Shown: positions 17,900-28,480 of the stretch, in pieces | Position numbering within the stretch: position 1 is the stretch's first letter | Layout: each line of letters starts with the position of its first letter | DNA from: Candidatus Magasanikiibacteriota bacterium | GTDB taxonomy: Bacteria; Patescibacteriota; Patescibacteriia; Magasanikbacterales; GWA2-37-8 | DNA: 64,000 bases | Direction of reading: 5' to 3' | Assembly: GCA_041666745.1 (NCBI GenBank) | Contig: JBAYGI010000003.1 | Location: 12,782 to 76,781, forward strand | The notes under the pieces: generated by a model | Told to the model about the DNA's origin: nothing | Databases searched by the model: none | What the model saw: the letters and a program-made list of their open reading frames with translations, nothing else | Program-made: the position numbers and the translations under genes

Positions 17900-19696
17900 A
17901 TGAATGACCACTTGCGAAATTTCTGCATTATTGCTCATATTGATCACGGTAAATCCACTCTGGCGGATCGTTTTTTGGAATTCACCGGCACAGTATCCAA
18001 ACGTGACATGAAAAATCAATTGCTGGATTCTATGGACTTGGAACGTGAACGTGGCATCACCATCAAACTGACGCCAGTGCGAATGAATTACAAAGAATAT
18101 ATTTTAAATTTAATCGACACTCCCGGACACGTGGATTTCAACTATGAAGTTTCCCGATCACTAGCGGCCGTTGAAGGCGCGATATTGCTGGTGGATGCCA
18201 CTCAAGGGGTGCAGGCGCAAACTATCGGCAACCTATATTTGGCAATTGAACAAAATTTGCAAATTATTCCAGTTATAAACAAAATAGATTCTCCGGCCGC
18301 CAATATTGAAAAAACTACTGCGGAAATTATTCATCTTTTGGGTTGTGAATCGGAAGATATTATTTTGGCTTCTGGAAAAACCGGACAAGGGGTAGAAGAT
18401 ATTTTGGAAACGATCGTAAAAAAAATACCCCCACCGACTGATTTAAACAACAAACCACCCCGTGCTTTAATTTTTGATTCTTCCTACAATGAATTCAAAG
18501 GAGTAGTTGCTTCGGTTCGAATTGTTGATGGGGAGATTAAAAAAAGTGACAAAATATATTTAGTAACTACTCAAACTCCGGCCGAAGTATTGGAGTTGGG
18601 ATATTACACCCCGAAATTTCAGCCTGATGTAATTTTGAAAAATGGTGAGATCGGATATATTGTGACCGGTCTAAAAGAAGTACGTGACTGCCGAGTTGGT
18701 GATACTATTACTACACTCAATTCTGAAAAAACCGGTGTCGCCAAAGATCCATTGCCGGGTTACAAAGAAGTAAAACCGATGGTTTATGCTGGAATTTTTC
18801 CAAGCGAGGGTGATGGATATGAAGAACTGCGCGACGCTATCGATAGATTAAAATTGAGCGACTCAGCTTTGATTTATGAGCCGGAACATTCTCAAGCTTT
18901 GGGTTTTGGTTTTCGTTGCGGATTTTTGGGATTATTACATTTAGATATTTTTCAAGAACGACTCAAACGTGAATTTAATTTGGAAGTGGTGATTACTGTC
19001 CCGAGTGTAGCCTACAAAATAGAAAAAACCAACGGCGTTGCTCTGACCATTCACAGCCCTCAAGAAATGCCTGATCCAAATCATCTGACCTCTATTATGG
19101 AACCATGGATGACACTCGACATTATTACTCCAAAAGAATATGTCGGCAATGTGATGTCTTTGATATCTGAACGCCGTGGACGATATATCAACACCGAATA
19201 TCTTTCTACCGGTGCCGATCAGCGCGCGCTTTTGCATTACCAAATTCCACTCGCCGCGCTTATCACCGATTTTTATGATAAATTAAAAACAGTCACTTCC
19301 GGATATGGTTCGATGAATTATGAATTGATTGGCTACGAAAAAACCGACGTTGTCAAAATAGATATTTTGGTAGCCGAAGAACCGGTCGAAGCGCTGGCTA
19401 CTTTGGTCTGGCGTGATGATGCTTTTCATATTGGTAAAAAAATCTGCGAATCATTAAAAGATTCACTCCCCCGCCAACAATTTGAATTAAAAATTCAAGC
19501 CGCCATTGGTGGAAAAATAATCGCCTCAGAAAGACTAGGGGCGTTGCGCAAAGATGTAATCGCCAAACTCTACGGTGGTGATGTGACGCGCAAAATGAAA
19601 CTTTTGGAAAAACAGAAAAAAGGCAAGAAACGCATGATGGCGCATAGTAAAGTAAATATACCGTCGGAGGCTTATTTGGCGGTGTTGAAAAGATAA
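17900..19696 (+). CDS. lepA: Elongation factor 4 (LepA)
   Basis: 598 aa; G-domain motifs (AHIDHGKST, DTPGH, NKID) and LepA-specific C-terminal domain. Confidence 0.92.
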   Translation: MNDHLRNFCIIAHIDHGKSTLADRFLEFTGTVSKRDMKNQLLDSMDLERERGITIKLTPVRMNYKEYILNLIDTPGHVDFNYEVSRSLAAVEGAILLVDATQGVQAQTIGNLYLAIEQNLQIIPVINKIDSPAANIEKTTAEIIHLLGCESEDIILASGKTGQGVEDILETIVKKIPPPTDLNNKPPRALIFDSSYNEFKGVVASVRIVDGEIKKSDKIYLVTTQTPAEVLELGYYTPKFQPDVILKNGEIGYIVTGLKEVRDCRVGDTITTLNSEKTGVAKDPLPGYKEVKPMVYAGIFPSEGDGYEELRDAIDRLKLSDSALIYEPEHSQALGFGFRCGFLGLLHLDIFQERLKREFNLEVVITVPSVAYKIEKTNGVALTIHSPQEMPDPNHLTSIMEPWMTLDIITPKEYVGNVMSLISERRGRYINTEYLSTGADQRALLHYQIPLAALITDFYDKLKTVTSGYGSMNYELIGYEKTDVVKIDILVAEEPVEALATLVWRDDAFHIGKKICESLKDSLPRQQFELKIQAAIGGKIIASERLGALRKDVIAKLYGGDVTRKMKLLEKQKKGKKRMMAHSKVNIPSEAYLAVLKR

Positions 19697-19824
19697 TTTA
19701 ATAAACGACACAAAAATATATGAAACACAAAACTTTTAAACAACTTTGGACGGTGATTGCGATCGTCGGAATTATCGCGATGGTATTTTTCACCATCATG
19801 CCTATTTTCCAATAATTTAATCTC

Positions 19825-20214
19825 ATGAGAATTTTACGTAAATATCAACTGGATATTATTTTTCTTTTTTTTGCTTTGATCCTGATTATGTGGTCTTATT
19901 TTTATGGTTTACAATATTTCGGTGTTGACCCTCATCGATACGAATGGTTTGTGGCCGGCCCGTTGTTATTTTTTTATATTATATATGTCTTTAAAATTCG
20001 CAATCAAATAACTATCGCTGACCGCCGCAGTCTTACCACCAAATCTTTGGTGTATTGGATATTGCTTGGCATTTCTTTATTTGCTACATACAACACGCCG
20101 ATTCCTGCCAAAGATTACTGGTCGCTCAATGCCCTATTCTTTGCTTTTACACTTTTTTTGGCTGACTCGTATTGGGATTTCGCCGGTATTACTTTAAAAA
20201 ATTTCAAAAAATAA
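19825..20214 (+). CDS. Polytopic membrane protein (hypothetical)
   Basis: 129 aa, four hydrophobic segments; preceded by unannotated 31-codon hydrophobic mini-ORF at 19720-19815. Confidence 0.4.
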   Translation: MRILRKYQLDIIFLFFALILIMWSYFYGLQYFGVDPHRYEWFVAGPLLFFYIIYVFKIRNQITIADRRSLTTKSLVYWILLGISLFATYNTPIPAKDYWSLNALFFAFTLFLADSYWDFAGITLKNFKK

Positions 20215-20215
20215 T

Positions 20216-22003
20216 ATGCCAAAAAAGTGGATTATCTCCCCTGCTGTACCAAATGAATTTCTCAATTCTCATCCCGAGCTACCACCAATAGTAGCGCGCT
20301 TGTTGTATAATCGAAATATCAAAACTCAAGAAAAAATCGACGAATTTTTAAATCCGGATTATTCTGAGGATATTCATGATCCGTTTTTGTTTGATGATAT
20401 GGAAAAAGCGGTAGAGATTATTTTGTCACATGTCAAACAACAAAAAAATATTGTCGTACATGGTGATTATGATGCGGACGGTGTGTGTGCGGCCGCGATT
20501 ATTGTCAGTTGTCTACAAAAAATCGGCGCGCAACATGTTTCAGTATTTTTGCCACATCGAGAAACCGATGGCTACGGGTTAAATTTTAATACTGTCAAAG
20601 ATTTAAAGAAAAAAAATACCGATCTGATAATCACCTGTGATTGTGGTGTGAGCAATACTCCGGAAGTCCAAATGGTCAAAGAACTTGGTATGATGATAAT
20701 CATCACTGACCACCATTCTGTGCCCGCCAATATTCCTCCGGCCGATGCTATCATTCATCCCAAGATGCCCAACGAAACATATCCCGACAAAGGTTTGTGT
20801 GGCGGAGCAGTAGCTTTTAAACTGGTACAAGCATTATTAAAAAAACATCAAGCAACAAACTCCACCTTGCTTGACGGTCAATCACATGAAGCGTTTGAAA
20901 AATGGTTGCTGGATTTGGTAGCCATCGCTTCCATCGGTGACATGGTTCCATTGATTGGCGAATCACGCACACTGACTCGCTATGGATTGACAGTGTTAAA
21001 CAAAACTCACAATTTGGGATTAAAAAAATTAATGTTTGTGGCTGGTATAATGGATGAAAACGATCAGCCAAAACGAGGGGTGATCGAGGCACACACAGTT
21101 GGATACCAGATCGTCCCCCGCCTCAACGCCGCCGGACGCATGGATCACGCCAATAGCGCTTATGCATTACTGATGGCAACAGATGAGCGTGAAGCGGAAA
21201 ATTTGGCTGAACAATTAAACCAAAACAATCTTGATCGCCAAAAATTGACCGAGGGATTAGTAAATCAAGCCATCCAACAAATCAAAGAAACTGAACAAGA
21301 AAAAAATTCGGCTCTTTTTGCTTTTAGCGAAGATTGGCCGACTGGAGTATTGGGTTTGGTATCGGGTCGCCTCAAAGATATATTTTATAAACCCGCGCTT
21401 GCGATGGGTAAAAGCAGTGATGGAGAAATAGTCGGTTCCGGCCGAAGTATTTCCGAATTTAATCTCATCGCCGCCATGCAAGAACGACCGGAATTTTTTG
21501 ATAAATTTGGAGGTCATCCACAAGCCTGTGGTTTCACTTTAAAATCCAAGTCGGCGCTGGAAGAATTTAAAAAATTCTTAAACGAAAAAGTAGTCGCAGA
21601 AACCAAAGGGGTTGAACTGGTTCCGCAGGTAAATATTGATTCCGAAGTTGACCTTGATGAAATCGACTGGGATATGTATGATCTGCTACAAAAATTTGAA
21701 CCGTTTGGCATGAACAATGAAGAACCGATTTATGCCGCCTATGGTTTGACAATAATAAATATTGATCCGGTAGGACAAGATGGAAAACATTTGCGTATGA
21801 AACTCAAACACAATTCTCAAGTCATAAGAAAAACCATTGGTTTTGGATTGGGCGACACAACCAAACATCCGGATGATTGGAAAAACAATCTTCATCCGGG
21901 AGAAAAAATAGATATTGCGTTTTGCGTGGAAGTAAACAAATGGAATGGCAACCGCGAACTACAAATGACAATTCACGACATCAAAAAAAGCGTTCTGAAT
22001 TAA
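20216..22003 (+). CDS. recJ: Single-stranded-DNA-specific exonuclease RecJ
   Basis: 595 aa; DHH motifs (HGDYDADGV, DHH), DHHA1 domain and OB-like C-terminus. Confidence 0.85.
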   Translation: MPKKWIISPAVPNEFLNSHPELPPIVARLLYNRNIKTQEKIDEFLNPDYSEDIHDPFLFDDMEKAVEIILSHVKQQKNIVVHGDYDADGVCAAAIIVSCLQKIGAQHVSVFLPHRETDGYGLNFNTVKDLKKKNTDLIITCDCGVSNTPEVQMVKELGMMIIITDHHSVPANIPPADAIIHPKMPNETYPDKGLCGGAVAFKLVQALLKKHQATNSTLLDGQSHEAFEKWLLDLVAIASIGDMVPLIGESRTLTRYGLTVLNKTHNLGLKKLMFVAGIMDENDQPKRGVIEAHTVGYQIVPRLNAAGRMDHANSAYALLMATDEREAENLAEQLNQNNLDRQKLTEGLVNQAIQQIKETEQEKNSALFAFSEDWPTGVLGLVSGRLKDIFYKPALAMGKSSDGEIVGSGRSISEFNLIAAMQERPEFFDKFGGHPQACGFTLKSKSALEEFKKFLNEKVVAETKGVELVPQVNIDSEVDLDEIDWDMYDLLQKFEPFGMNNEEPIYAAYGLTIINIDPVGQDGKHLRMKLKHNSQVIRKTIGFGLGDTTKHPDDWKNNLHPGEKIDIAFCVEVNKWNGNRELQMTIHDIKKSVLN

Positions 22004-22020
22004 TCAGAACGCTTTTTTAT
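21984..22020. terminator. Bidirectional rho-independent terminator overlapping recJ stop
   Basis: aaaaaagcgttctga-attaa-tcagaacgctttttt. Confidence 0.6.
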
Positions 22021-22022
22021 TT

Positions 22023-22334
22023 TTATGATTTTTTTAATTCCTTTGCCAATTCTATCCATTTCTTTTTTAGCTGTTTGATAAGATTGTTTTTGACATCTTC
22101 AGCTAATTCTTTTTTGTTGGTATATTCCTCTACCGCTCGTTCCACCAACGCATCCCACATTTCCTGAGTTGGACCTTCCAGTTGTTTTATGCTGGCTTTT
22201 AATTCATTATATAAAGGATCCAAATGCTGTAAAATTTTAGTACGCATTTCCTTGCCTTGTGGAGTAACGTTGAGCCATGTTAAAAATGCGCCCAATGCTC
22301 CTCCCAAAATAAGTCCTCTTTTAAAATTACCCAT
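22023..22334 (-). CDS. YtxH-like small membrane-anchored protein
   Basis: 103 aa; N-terminal GLILGGALGAFL helix then charged coiled-coil typical of YtxH/DUF948. Confidence 0.45.
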   Translation of the reverse strand: MGNFKRGLILGGALGAFLTWLNVTPQGKEMRTKILQHLDPLYNELKASIKQLEGPTQEMWDALVERAVEEYTNKKELAEDVKNNLIKQLKKKWIELAKELKKS

Positions 22335-22381
22335 AAAATAACAATTAATGTAAAACAGGTATATTATACCACATTTCTACC

Positions 22382-23221
22382 CTAGTTACCACAAGCGGCC
22401 GCGGCTGATGGGTCTCCACTGGCGTCATAACCGAATCCTGCTCCATAAGCCGCACTCGCCAAAGTTGTACCACATTCAGCTGGAGGGTTATTAAATGCCG
22501 CACAAATTGCTTGTTTCACTGCATCGGCCGTACGACCCACACCTTCTGCCAGGGCGCCGTTTATAACCAATGACGGTGAACCTTGCACGTCATATTTGGT
22601 ATTTAGATCTTCTTGCACCGGATAAACAGGATAGCGACCGGACAACCATGTGGTTTGGTCTTTAAATTTATCCAGTGTCTTATACTTAGCATTGGTGGCA
22701 TTAATACAAGAACTCAAACTACCTTCAGAAATTCCAGCCTGAGACAAACAACTCTTGTAGTCATCTTTACCGGTAAAACATTGGAGGTAAGTAATGATTT
22801 TGGCCGGTTGATTTTGTTGAATACAATATTGTCTGGTATTTTCTTCCAACTCTTTCAAACCATGCATAGCGTATGAAACAAATTTGATATCCATGTCGGC
22901 CTTATTTTTAAGCAAATTCCAAGCTGGTAAATAAGCTTTTTCCATCTGCAAACCATAAGGACAATAGGCCATAACAAACAACTCTACTTTTGGACGATCG
23001 GATTTGGTGACTGCTACCGGTGCTGTTGCCTGATCCCCTTGATTGACATTCGCAACTGGAGTAACTTTGTCGGAAGTATCAGATTTGTTGCCTCCTTTTA
23101 AATATAGACCCAACATTACCAAAAAACCAATGGTACAGAGAACTAAGATGCCGGTAACCAAACCGACTATCAAAGCGCTCTTTGAATCCAAACTGGCAAA
23201 AAAAGATTTCTTTTGTTCCAT
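22382..23221 (-). CDS. Membrane-anchored thioredoxin-fold (DsbA-like) protein with atypical CPYG active site
   Basis: 279 aa; N-terminal TM; FVMAYCPYGLQ in thioredoxin-like context. Confidence 0.45.
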   Translation of the reverse strand: MEQKKSFFASLDSKSALIVGLVTGILVLCTIGFLVMLGLYLKGGNKSDTSDKVTPVANVNQGDQATAPVAVTKSDRPKVELFVMAYCPYGLQMEKAYLPAWNLLKNKADMDIKFVSYAMHGLKELEENTRQYCIQQNQPAKIITYLQCFTGKDDYKSCLSQAGISEGSLSSCINATNAKYKTLDKFKDQTTWLSGRYPVYPVQEDLNTKYDVQGSPSLVINGALAEGVGRTADAVKQAICAAFNNPPAECGTTLASAAYGAGFGYDASGDPSAAAACGN

Positions 23222-23249
23222 ATAAAAGTGAATTAGTGATTAATTAACA

Positions 23250-23840
23250 TTATTTTACTGCTAAACTATTATAAACCATAACTAAGTCTTCGACAATACT
23301 AACCTTGTGAATATCTTCACCCTCATGTGGCATTCCCAAAACTATCGCTTTTTTGTTGTTCTTGAGCATTTTTATACCAATTCGCGATTGATCATGCCGA
23401 TCAGCAAAAAAAGTAACGAATTGCGCTACATTAAATAATTTTGGCAGATAATAATAATTATACAATTTTATTAGATATCCAAAAAAATCCGGGCTGTAAA
23501 AATCGTGGTGATAAGTAATTATTAAAAATTTTTCCGGATGATTTTTTAACCACTGCAAAATTCTTCCAACTTCACCAAAAAAAGGGCAGTGCAAATTTAT
23601 TATATCGTAATAATCCCAAGTTGAGATATTTTCTTCAAAAGATTCTTGGCCGGAATATTTTTTGGAAGGGGCGATTTTTTTTACTTCAAAGATGTCTTTT
23701 TTGGTAACACCGCCATATTCGATGGTAATCGCGTCTGCTTCTACCCCAAAATCTCCTTCGGCTTCTAGAATTTTAAAAGCCTCGGAATGGATATCTTCAA
23801 AATAATCAAACGCGCTAGGAATGACGTGGAGTACTTTCAT
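23250..23840 (-). CDS. Hypothetical protein at edge of glycan locus
   Basis: 196 aa; no confident family. Confidence 0.35.
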   Translation of the reverse strand: MKVLHVIPSAFDYFEDIHSEAFKILEAEGDFGVEADAITIEYGGVTKKDIFEVKKIAPSKKYSGQESFEENISTWDYYDIINLHCPFFGEVGRILQWLKNHPEKFLIITYHHDFYSPDFFGYLIKLYNYYYLPKLFNVAQFVTFFADRHDQSRIGIKMLKNNKKAIVLGMPHEGEDIHKVSIVEDLVMVYNSLAVK

Positions 23841-24168
23841 ATTTTTTTGCTTGATTAAGAGTGTCCTGCCTGACTATTTTGGTTATTTGGTGGTCAATTT
23901 TTTCCAAACGTATAAAAATTTTAAATATTAAGAAAAACAACAAAGCAATCGCCAAATATATTACGGCGTCAACTCCCCTACCAACCCCCAAAAGTTTCGC
24001 CAAAACAGTGGTAGAGTTGGGGCTAATTACTACCACAATGGCCAAAATCCAAAAAATTATCCAACCGATTGTTTCTTTGCCCTTCAACTCTCCGGATCGA
24101 AATCTACCCAAAACTTTGAATAAAACAAAGAGAAAAAATACCACTAAAATAATTTGAATAATCATCAT
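23815..24168 (-). CDS. DUF2304-like small membrane protein (commonly paired with GT2 transferases)
   Basis: 117 aa, 3-4 TM; immediately downstream of a DPM1-like GT2. Confidence 0.4.
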   Translation of the reverse strand: MMIIQIILVVFFLFVLFKVLGRFRSGELKGKETIGWIIFWILAIVVVISPNSTTVLAKLLGVGRGVDAVIYLAIALLFFLIFKIFIRLEKIDHQITKIVRQDTLNQAKKYESTPRHS

Positions 24169-24169
24169 A

Positions 24170-24838
24170 TTATTTATTAATTTTAGCTAAAAATAAATCC
24201 CACAAAATCTTAAAACCACCCGACATACCCTGCCCACTTTCAAAATAAAAAACCTCTACCGGTAATTCACCATATTTTAGATGGTGTTCTTGCACTAATC
24301 GTGGAATTTCAGAATTATGAGCCATTTGATCCTGATTGATATTTATTTTTTCCGCCGCTCGTTTGTGCATTATTCTAAAACCGTTGTGCACATCGGATAA
24401 TTTTAATTTTGTTATCCGGTTATTTATAATTCTGCTTAATGGTAAAATAAAATATTTTTTAAAAAATGGGATCTTCGATCTGGAATCCAAAAAACGAGAA
24501 CCAAAAACTATATCCAGATTTTCTTCCGTCAACTTTTGAATACCAGTATGAATATCGTTGGCATTAAACTGACCGTCCGCATCAAAATGGACTATGATTT
24601 CCGCTCCATTTTGCAACACAAATTCATTGCCGGTTTGTAGTGCCGCACCCTGTCCACGATTGATTGTATGACTCAAAACAACCGCTCCGGCCGATGTGGC
24701 TTCACTGGCAGTATTATCAATAGAACCATCGTCCACAACTACCACATTATTAAAACCATGTTGAAAAAGGTCGCGAATTACGCGACCGATTTTTTGCTCT
24801 TCATTGTAAGCTGGTAAAACTATAAATATCATATTCAA
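24170..24838 (-). CDS. GT2 glycosyltransferase (polyprenyl-phosphate sugar synthase, DPM1-like)
   Basis: 222 aa; LPAYNEE ... VVDDGSIDNT GT-A motifs. Confidence 0.8.
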   Translation of the reverse strand: MNMIFIVLPAYNEEQKIGRVIRDLFQHGFNNVVVVDDGSIDNTASEATSAGAVVLSHTINRGQGAALQTGNEFVLQNGAEIIVHFDADGQFNANDIHTGIQKLTEENLDIVFGSRFLDSRSKIPFFKKYFILPLSRIINNRITKLKLSDVHNGFRIMHKRAAEKININQDQMAHNSEIPRLVQEHHLKYGELPVEVFYFESGQGMSGGFKILWDLFLAKINK

Positions 24839-24865
24839 TCTTGAACGATCACGATATTGTAATGA

Positions 24866-25894
24866 TTATTTACTATGAAATAACAACGCCTCTTTGTTGG
24901 CTACAGTATAATCCACTGCTTTTTGCAAACCATCTTGCAGACGAATCAGCGGCATCCAACCCAAAACTTCCTTGGCATAAGTTAAATCCGGCAAACCTTT
25001 TTTGGTCAAAAATACCAACGGTTTTTCAAAAACTATTTTGGAGGAAGATCCGGTGAGCTCAACAATCTTTTTGGCTACTTCCATATAGCTAACTACTTGA
25101 TCACCACCTAAATTGACTATTTTTACTTCCGGAACGGCGGACATCAGACGCACAAAACCATCTACCATATCACTGACATACAACAAAGAAGTAGAAATAG
25201 TTTCATCTCCATAAATAACCAAATCTTTTCCGTCCAAGGCATTGATGATAAAATCCGGAATAAGCTGTCCTTCAAACAATTTCATGCGTGGCCCATAAGT
25301 AGTAAAGACACGACCGATTTTTGCGTCAATACCATAAAATTGGCGATAAGTTTCCACACAGGTTTCGGCGAACCTTTTGCCTTCGTCGTAGCACGCACGT
25401 GGTGTCAGGTGATTTACTATACCTTGATGGGATTCCAAAAATTTGGCACCGTCTTGGGGATCACCATAAACTACCGAACTGGAAGCAAAGACATATTTCG
25501 CGCGATATTTCACTGCCAAATCCAAAGTGTTGATCATAGCCGAAGAGTTGGATAGCAATGATTTCATTTTTAATTTTTCAAAATCTTTCGGACTGGTCGG
25601 ACAAGCCAAATGATAAATTTCTTGAATACCCTGAAATTTGACTTTGAATTTGTCCAATTCATCAAATTTACTCAGGTCAAGTGGGTTGTCCACATCATAA
25701 TTGATAAATTCAAAATCCGGATATTGCAAAAGATGTTCGATGTTTTTGGGTGATGAATTCGAAAAATCATCAACACAAATTACGTTGGCTTCTTTGAGCA
25801 AACGCTCACATAAATGTGAACCGATAAAGCCGGCTCCACCGGTAACTAATATATTTTTTTTCTCAAATACAGGATTTTCCATAAGGAAAAACAT
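24866..25894 (-). CDS. NAD-dependent epimerase/dehydratase (UDP-glucuronate decarboxylase-like SDR)
   Basis: 342 aa; TGGAGFIGSHL Rossmann motif; YxxxK. Confidence 0.65.
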   Translation of the reverse strand: MFFLMENPVFEKKNILVTGGAGFIGSHLCERLLKEANVICVDDFSNSSPKNIEHLLQYPDFEFINYDVDNPLDLSKFDELDKFKVKFQGIQEIYHLACPTSPKDFEKLKMKSLLSNSSAMINTLDLAVKYRAKYVFASSSVVYGDPQDGAKFLESHQGIVNHLTPRACYDEGKRFAETCVETYRQFYGIDAKIGRVFTTYGPRMKLFEGQLIPDFIINALDGKDLVIYGDETISTSLLYVSDMVDGFVRLMSAVPEVKIVNLGGDQVVSYMEVAKKIVELTGSSSKIVFEKPLVFLTKKGLPDLTYAKEVLGWMPLIRLQDGLQKAVDYTVANKEALLFHSK

Positions 25895-26020
25895 TAATTT
25901 TTAGCCCTTATATTATAACATTTCCTCAAAAAAATGGCAACTGCAAAAAACGCCCAAAACCACCACTGGGGTTGATTTTTTAGCCAAATTATAATATACT
26001 TCAAAAATAAGATTAACTCT

Positions 26021-27373
26021 ATGTATCGTCTCAAACAACTAACTATTCTTATTGGTGACCTGATAACCCTGTATTTAGGCCTTTATTTGGCTGTATTTTT
26101 ACGTTATCTGGATGTTCCAAGCAAAGCAAATATAAACAATTTGATAGGGCATTTTTCTTGGTTGTTTTTTGTAGCCATTGTTATCGCTTTTATCAGCGGA
26201 ATCTACGACCTAGGCAAGGCCAAAAACAATTTTGCTTTATACCAAAAAATATTTTTTGCCGCGATAATTTGGACTTTGATGGGGGTTTTGTATTTCTATA
26301 TTACACCAAAAAATAATATAAACCCTAAAACTATACTGGCTTTGACTGCTTTGTGTGGATTTGGTTTGTTGTCTTTGTGGCGTTTTCTGTACAACCGTTT
26401 TGTGGCCGCTACTATTTTAAAAACCAAGGTTATCTTTGTTGGATTTTCAAATGAAGTACAAAAAATTGCTGAAATAATAATAAAGTCACCGCAAATTGGT
26501 TATGAAGTGGTCGGAGTAATAAGTTCGGAAAATTGCCCAACCAATATCCCCTGCGTGCAAAATTTAGCAGAGTTAAAAACCGTTCCCGATTTAATTGTGC
26601 TTGATTTTAATTATGAAAAAAATGAAACCGTTGTAAAAGAATTGTATCAAAAAGTTTTTCAACAGGTTAGCATTATTGATCTGGCGGATTTTTATGAAAC
26701 CATTTATCGCCGATTACCACCTTTTACTTTTTCAGAAAGTTGGTTTTTGACAAAATTCCAAGAACAATCCAAAAAAATATACGACCGTTTCCGCTTACTG
26801 ACAGATTTTATCGCGGCGGTATTGATGGCAATATTTTTTGCAATTACCTTTCCATTTATTGCTATAGCTATAAAATTAAATTCTAAAGGACCGGTTTTAT
26901 TCAAACAAGCTCGTGTTGGTCGGGGTGGTCAAATATTTTTTATTTATAAATACCGCACCATGAAAGTTTTGAACGCAGATGGTAGTGCTGAGACTAGTGG
27001 TCCACAATATGCCTCTGAAAAAGACAATCGTATTACCCTGGTCGGGAGATTTTTACGCGCTACACGTTTGGATGAAATTCCTCAATTTATCAACATCTTC
27101 AAAAACGAAATGGGGCTAATCGGACCACGACCGGAACGTCCGGAATTTGTGGATCAACTCACCAAATTGATGCCATTTTATGCATTGCGCCATTTGATAA
27201 AACCCGGATTGACCGGCTGGGCACAACTACAGCGTGGTTATTATGGTACACTGGATGAAAACTTGGGGAAACTGGAATATGATTTGTATTATATAAAAAA
27301 TCGCGGTCCATTGTTGGATATTGCGATTATTTTGAAAACTGTTAGTGTTGTTTTAGGTATGATTGGTAGATAA
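26021..27373 (+). CDS. Polyprenyl glycosylphosphotransferase (WbaP/EPS initiating sugar transferase)
   Basis: 450 aa; N-terminal TM region; C-terminal bacterial sugar transferase domain (PGLTGWAQ). Confidence 0.8.
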   Translation: MYRLKQLTILIGDLITLYLGLYLAVFLRYLDVPSKANINNLIGHFSWLFFVAIVIAFISGIYDLGKAKNNFALYQKIFFAAIIWTLMGVLYFYITPKNNINPKTILALTALCGFGLLSLWRFLYNRFVAATILKTKVIFVGFSNEVQKIAEIIIKSPQIGYEVVGVISSENCPTNIPCVQNLAELKTVPDLIVLDFNYEKNETVVKELYQKVFQQVSIIDLADFYETIYRRLPPFTFSESWFLTKFQEQSKKIYDRFRLLTDFIAAVLMAIFFAITFPFIAIAIKLNSKGPVLFKQARVGRGGQIFFIYKYRTMKVLNADGSAETSGPQYASEKDNRITLVGRFLRATRLDEIPQFINIFKNEMGLIGPRPERPEFVDQLTKLMPFYALRHLIKPGLTGWAQLQRGYYGTLDENLGKLEYDLYYIKNRGPLLDIAIILKTVSVVLGMIGR

Positions 27374-27386
27374 CAAAAACAACCAA

Positions 27387-28475
27387 CTACAACTCTATGA
27401 TGGTTTGCTCACCTACTATCAGCCGATGAAATCCGTCAGTATTTTTTTTCTTTATTTGGACATTTCCACCTACTATACTGTCTTTTATTTTCAAGTCACA
27501 GACCATGTGGCAGTTGGAAAGAATAATGGAATTCGCAATTTCTACTCCTTCAATAATACTACCGCTACCAATAGTAACATTGGGTGAAATAATACAATTT
27601 TTTAATGTACAATTTTCACCGACAATTACCGGACCGGTGATTTTTACGTTTTGATCAATTGTGGTTCCTACTCCTATTTTTACTTTACCACTAATTTGCG
27701 CGCCATCAACTACTTGTCCTAAATTTTTAAATTCACCATCCAACATTTCATCAAGCAATAGTTGGTTCGCGATAATCAAATCCTTTGGCGCGCCGGTATC
27801 TTTCCACCAGCCGGTGATTTCTTTGTGACCGACTTTGAAATTATTTTTTAGCAAATAGGAATGAATATCAGAAATTTCATATTCACCACGCGCGCTTTTA
27901 TTTATTTTAGAGAATACATCAAAAAATATTTTGGAGCCATAGAGATAAATACCGGTCTGAGCAAAATTATTTGGCGGGTTCGATGGTTTTTCCACCACAT
28001 CTATCAGATTGTCGCTTTCATCAAAAATTGGCACTCCAAAACGTTCCGGATCGGGTACTTTGGCAAAGGCCAACATACAATCATAATTATTCTGGTAAAA
28101 TTCTTCAAAAATCGGTTTTAGACTACCCAAGGTAATATTGTCGGATAGATAAAAAAGAAAAGGATCGTCACCAATAAAATCCTGAGCTTCTTTTACTACA
28201 TGAGCGATTCCTTGTGGACCACCGGTTTGTTCAAAAAATTTTATTTTAATTCCCCAATGCCCACCATCACCAATGTGTTTTTGTAAATCTGTTTCACCTG
28301 GATTGGTATTGATAAAAATTTCTTCTATACCGGCCTCTACCGCCTTGGCGATAGCGTGAAAAATCATCGGCTTGTTGGCCAGTGGTATCAGATGTTTGTT
28401 CATTGTTGAGGTTACCGGGCGCAATCTGGTTGCCCGTCCCCCTCCGGTCAAAATCGCTTTTCTGATTTTTTGCAT
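27387..28475 (-). CDS. Sugar-1-phosphate nucleotidyltransferase, long form with C-terminal left-handed beta-helix (RmlA/GlmU-like)
   Basis: Start chosen at MQKIRKAILTGGGRATRLRP (alternative upstream ATG at 28514); GGxGxRL motif; hexapeptide repeats at C-terminus. Confidence 0.7.
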   Translation of the reverse strand: MQKIRKAILTGGGRATRLRPVTSTMNKHLIPLANKPMIFHAIAKAVEAGIEEIFINTNPGETDLQKHIGDGGHWGIKIKFFEQTGGPQGIAHVVKEAQDFIGDDPFLFYLSDNITLGSLKPIFEEFYQNNYDCMLAFAKVPDPERFGVPIFDESDNLIDVVEKPSNPPNNFAQTGIYLYGSKIFFDVFSKINKSARGEYEISDIHSYLLKNNFKVGHKEITGWWKDTGAPKDLIIANQLLLDEMLDGEFKNLGQVVDGAQISGKVKIGVGTTIDQNVKITGPVIVGENCTLKNCIISPNVTIGSGSIIEGVEIANSIILSNCHMVCDLKIKDSIVGGNVQIKKKNTDGFHRLIVGEQTIIEL

Positions 28476-28480
28476 ATCAA

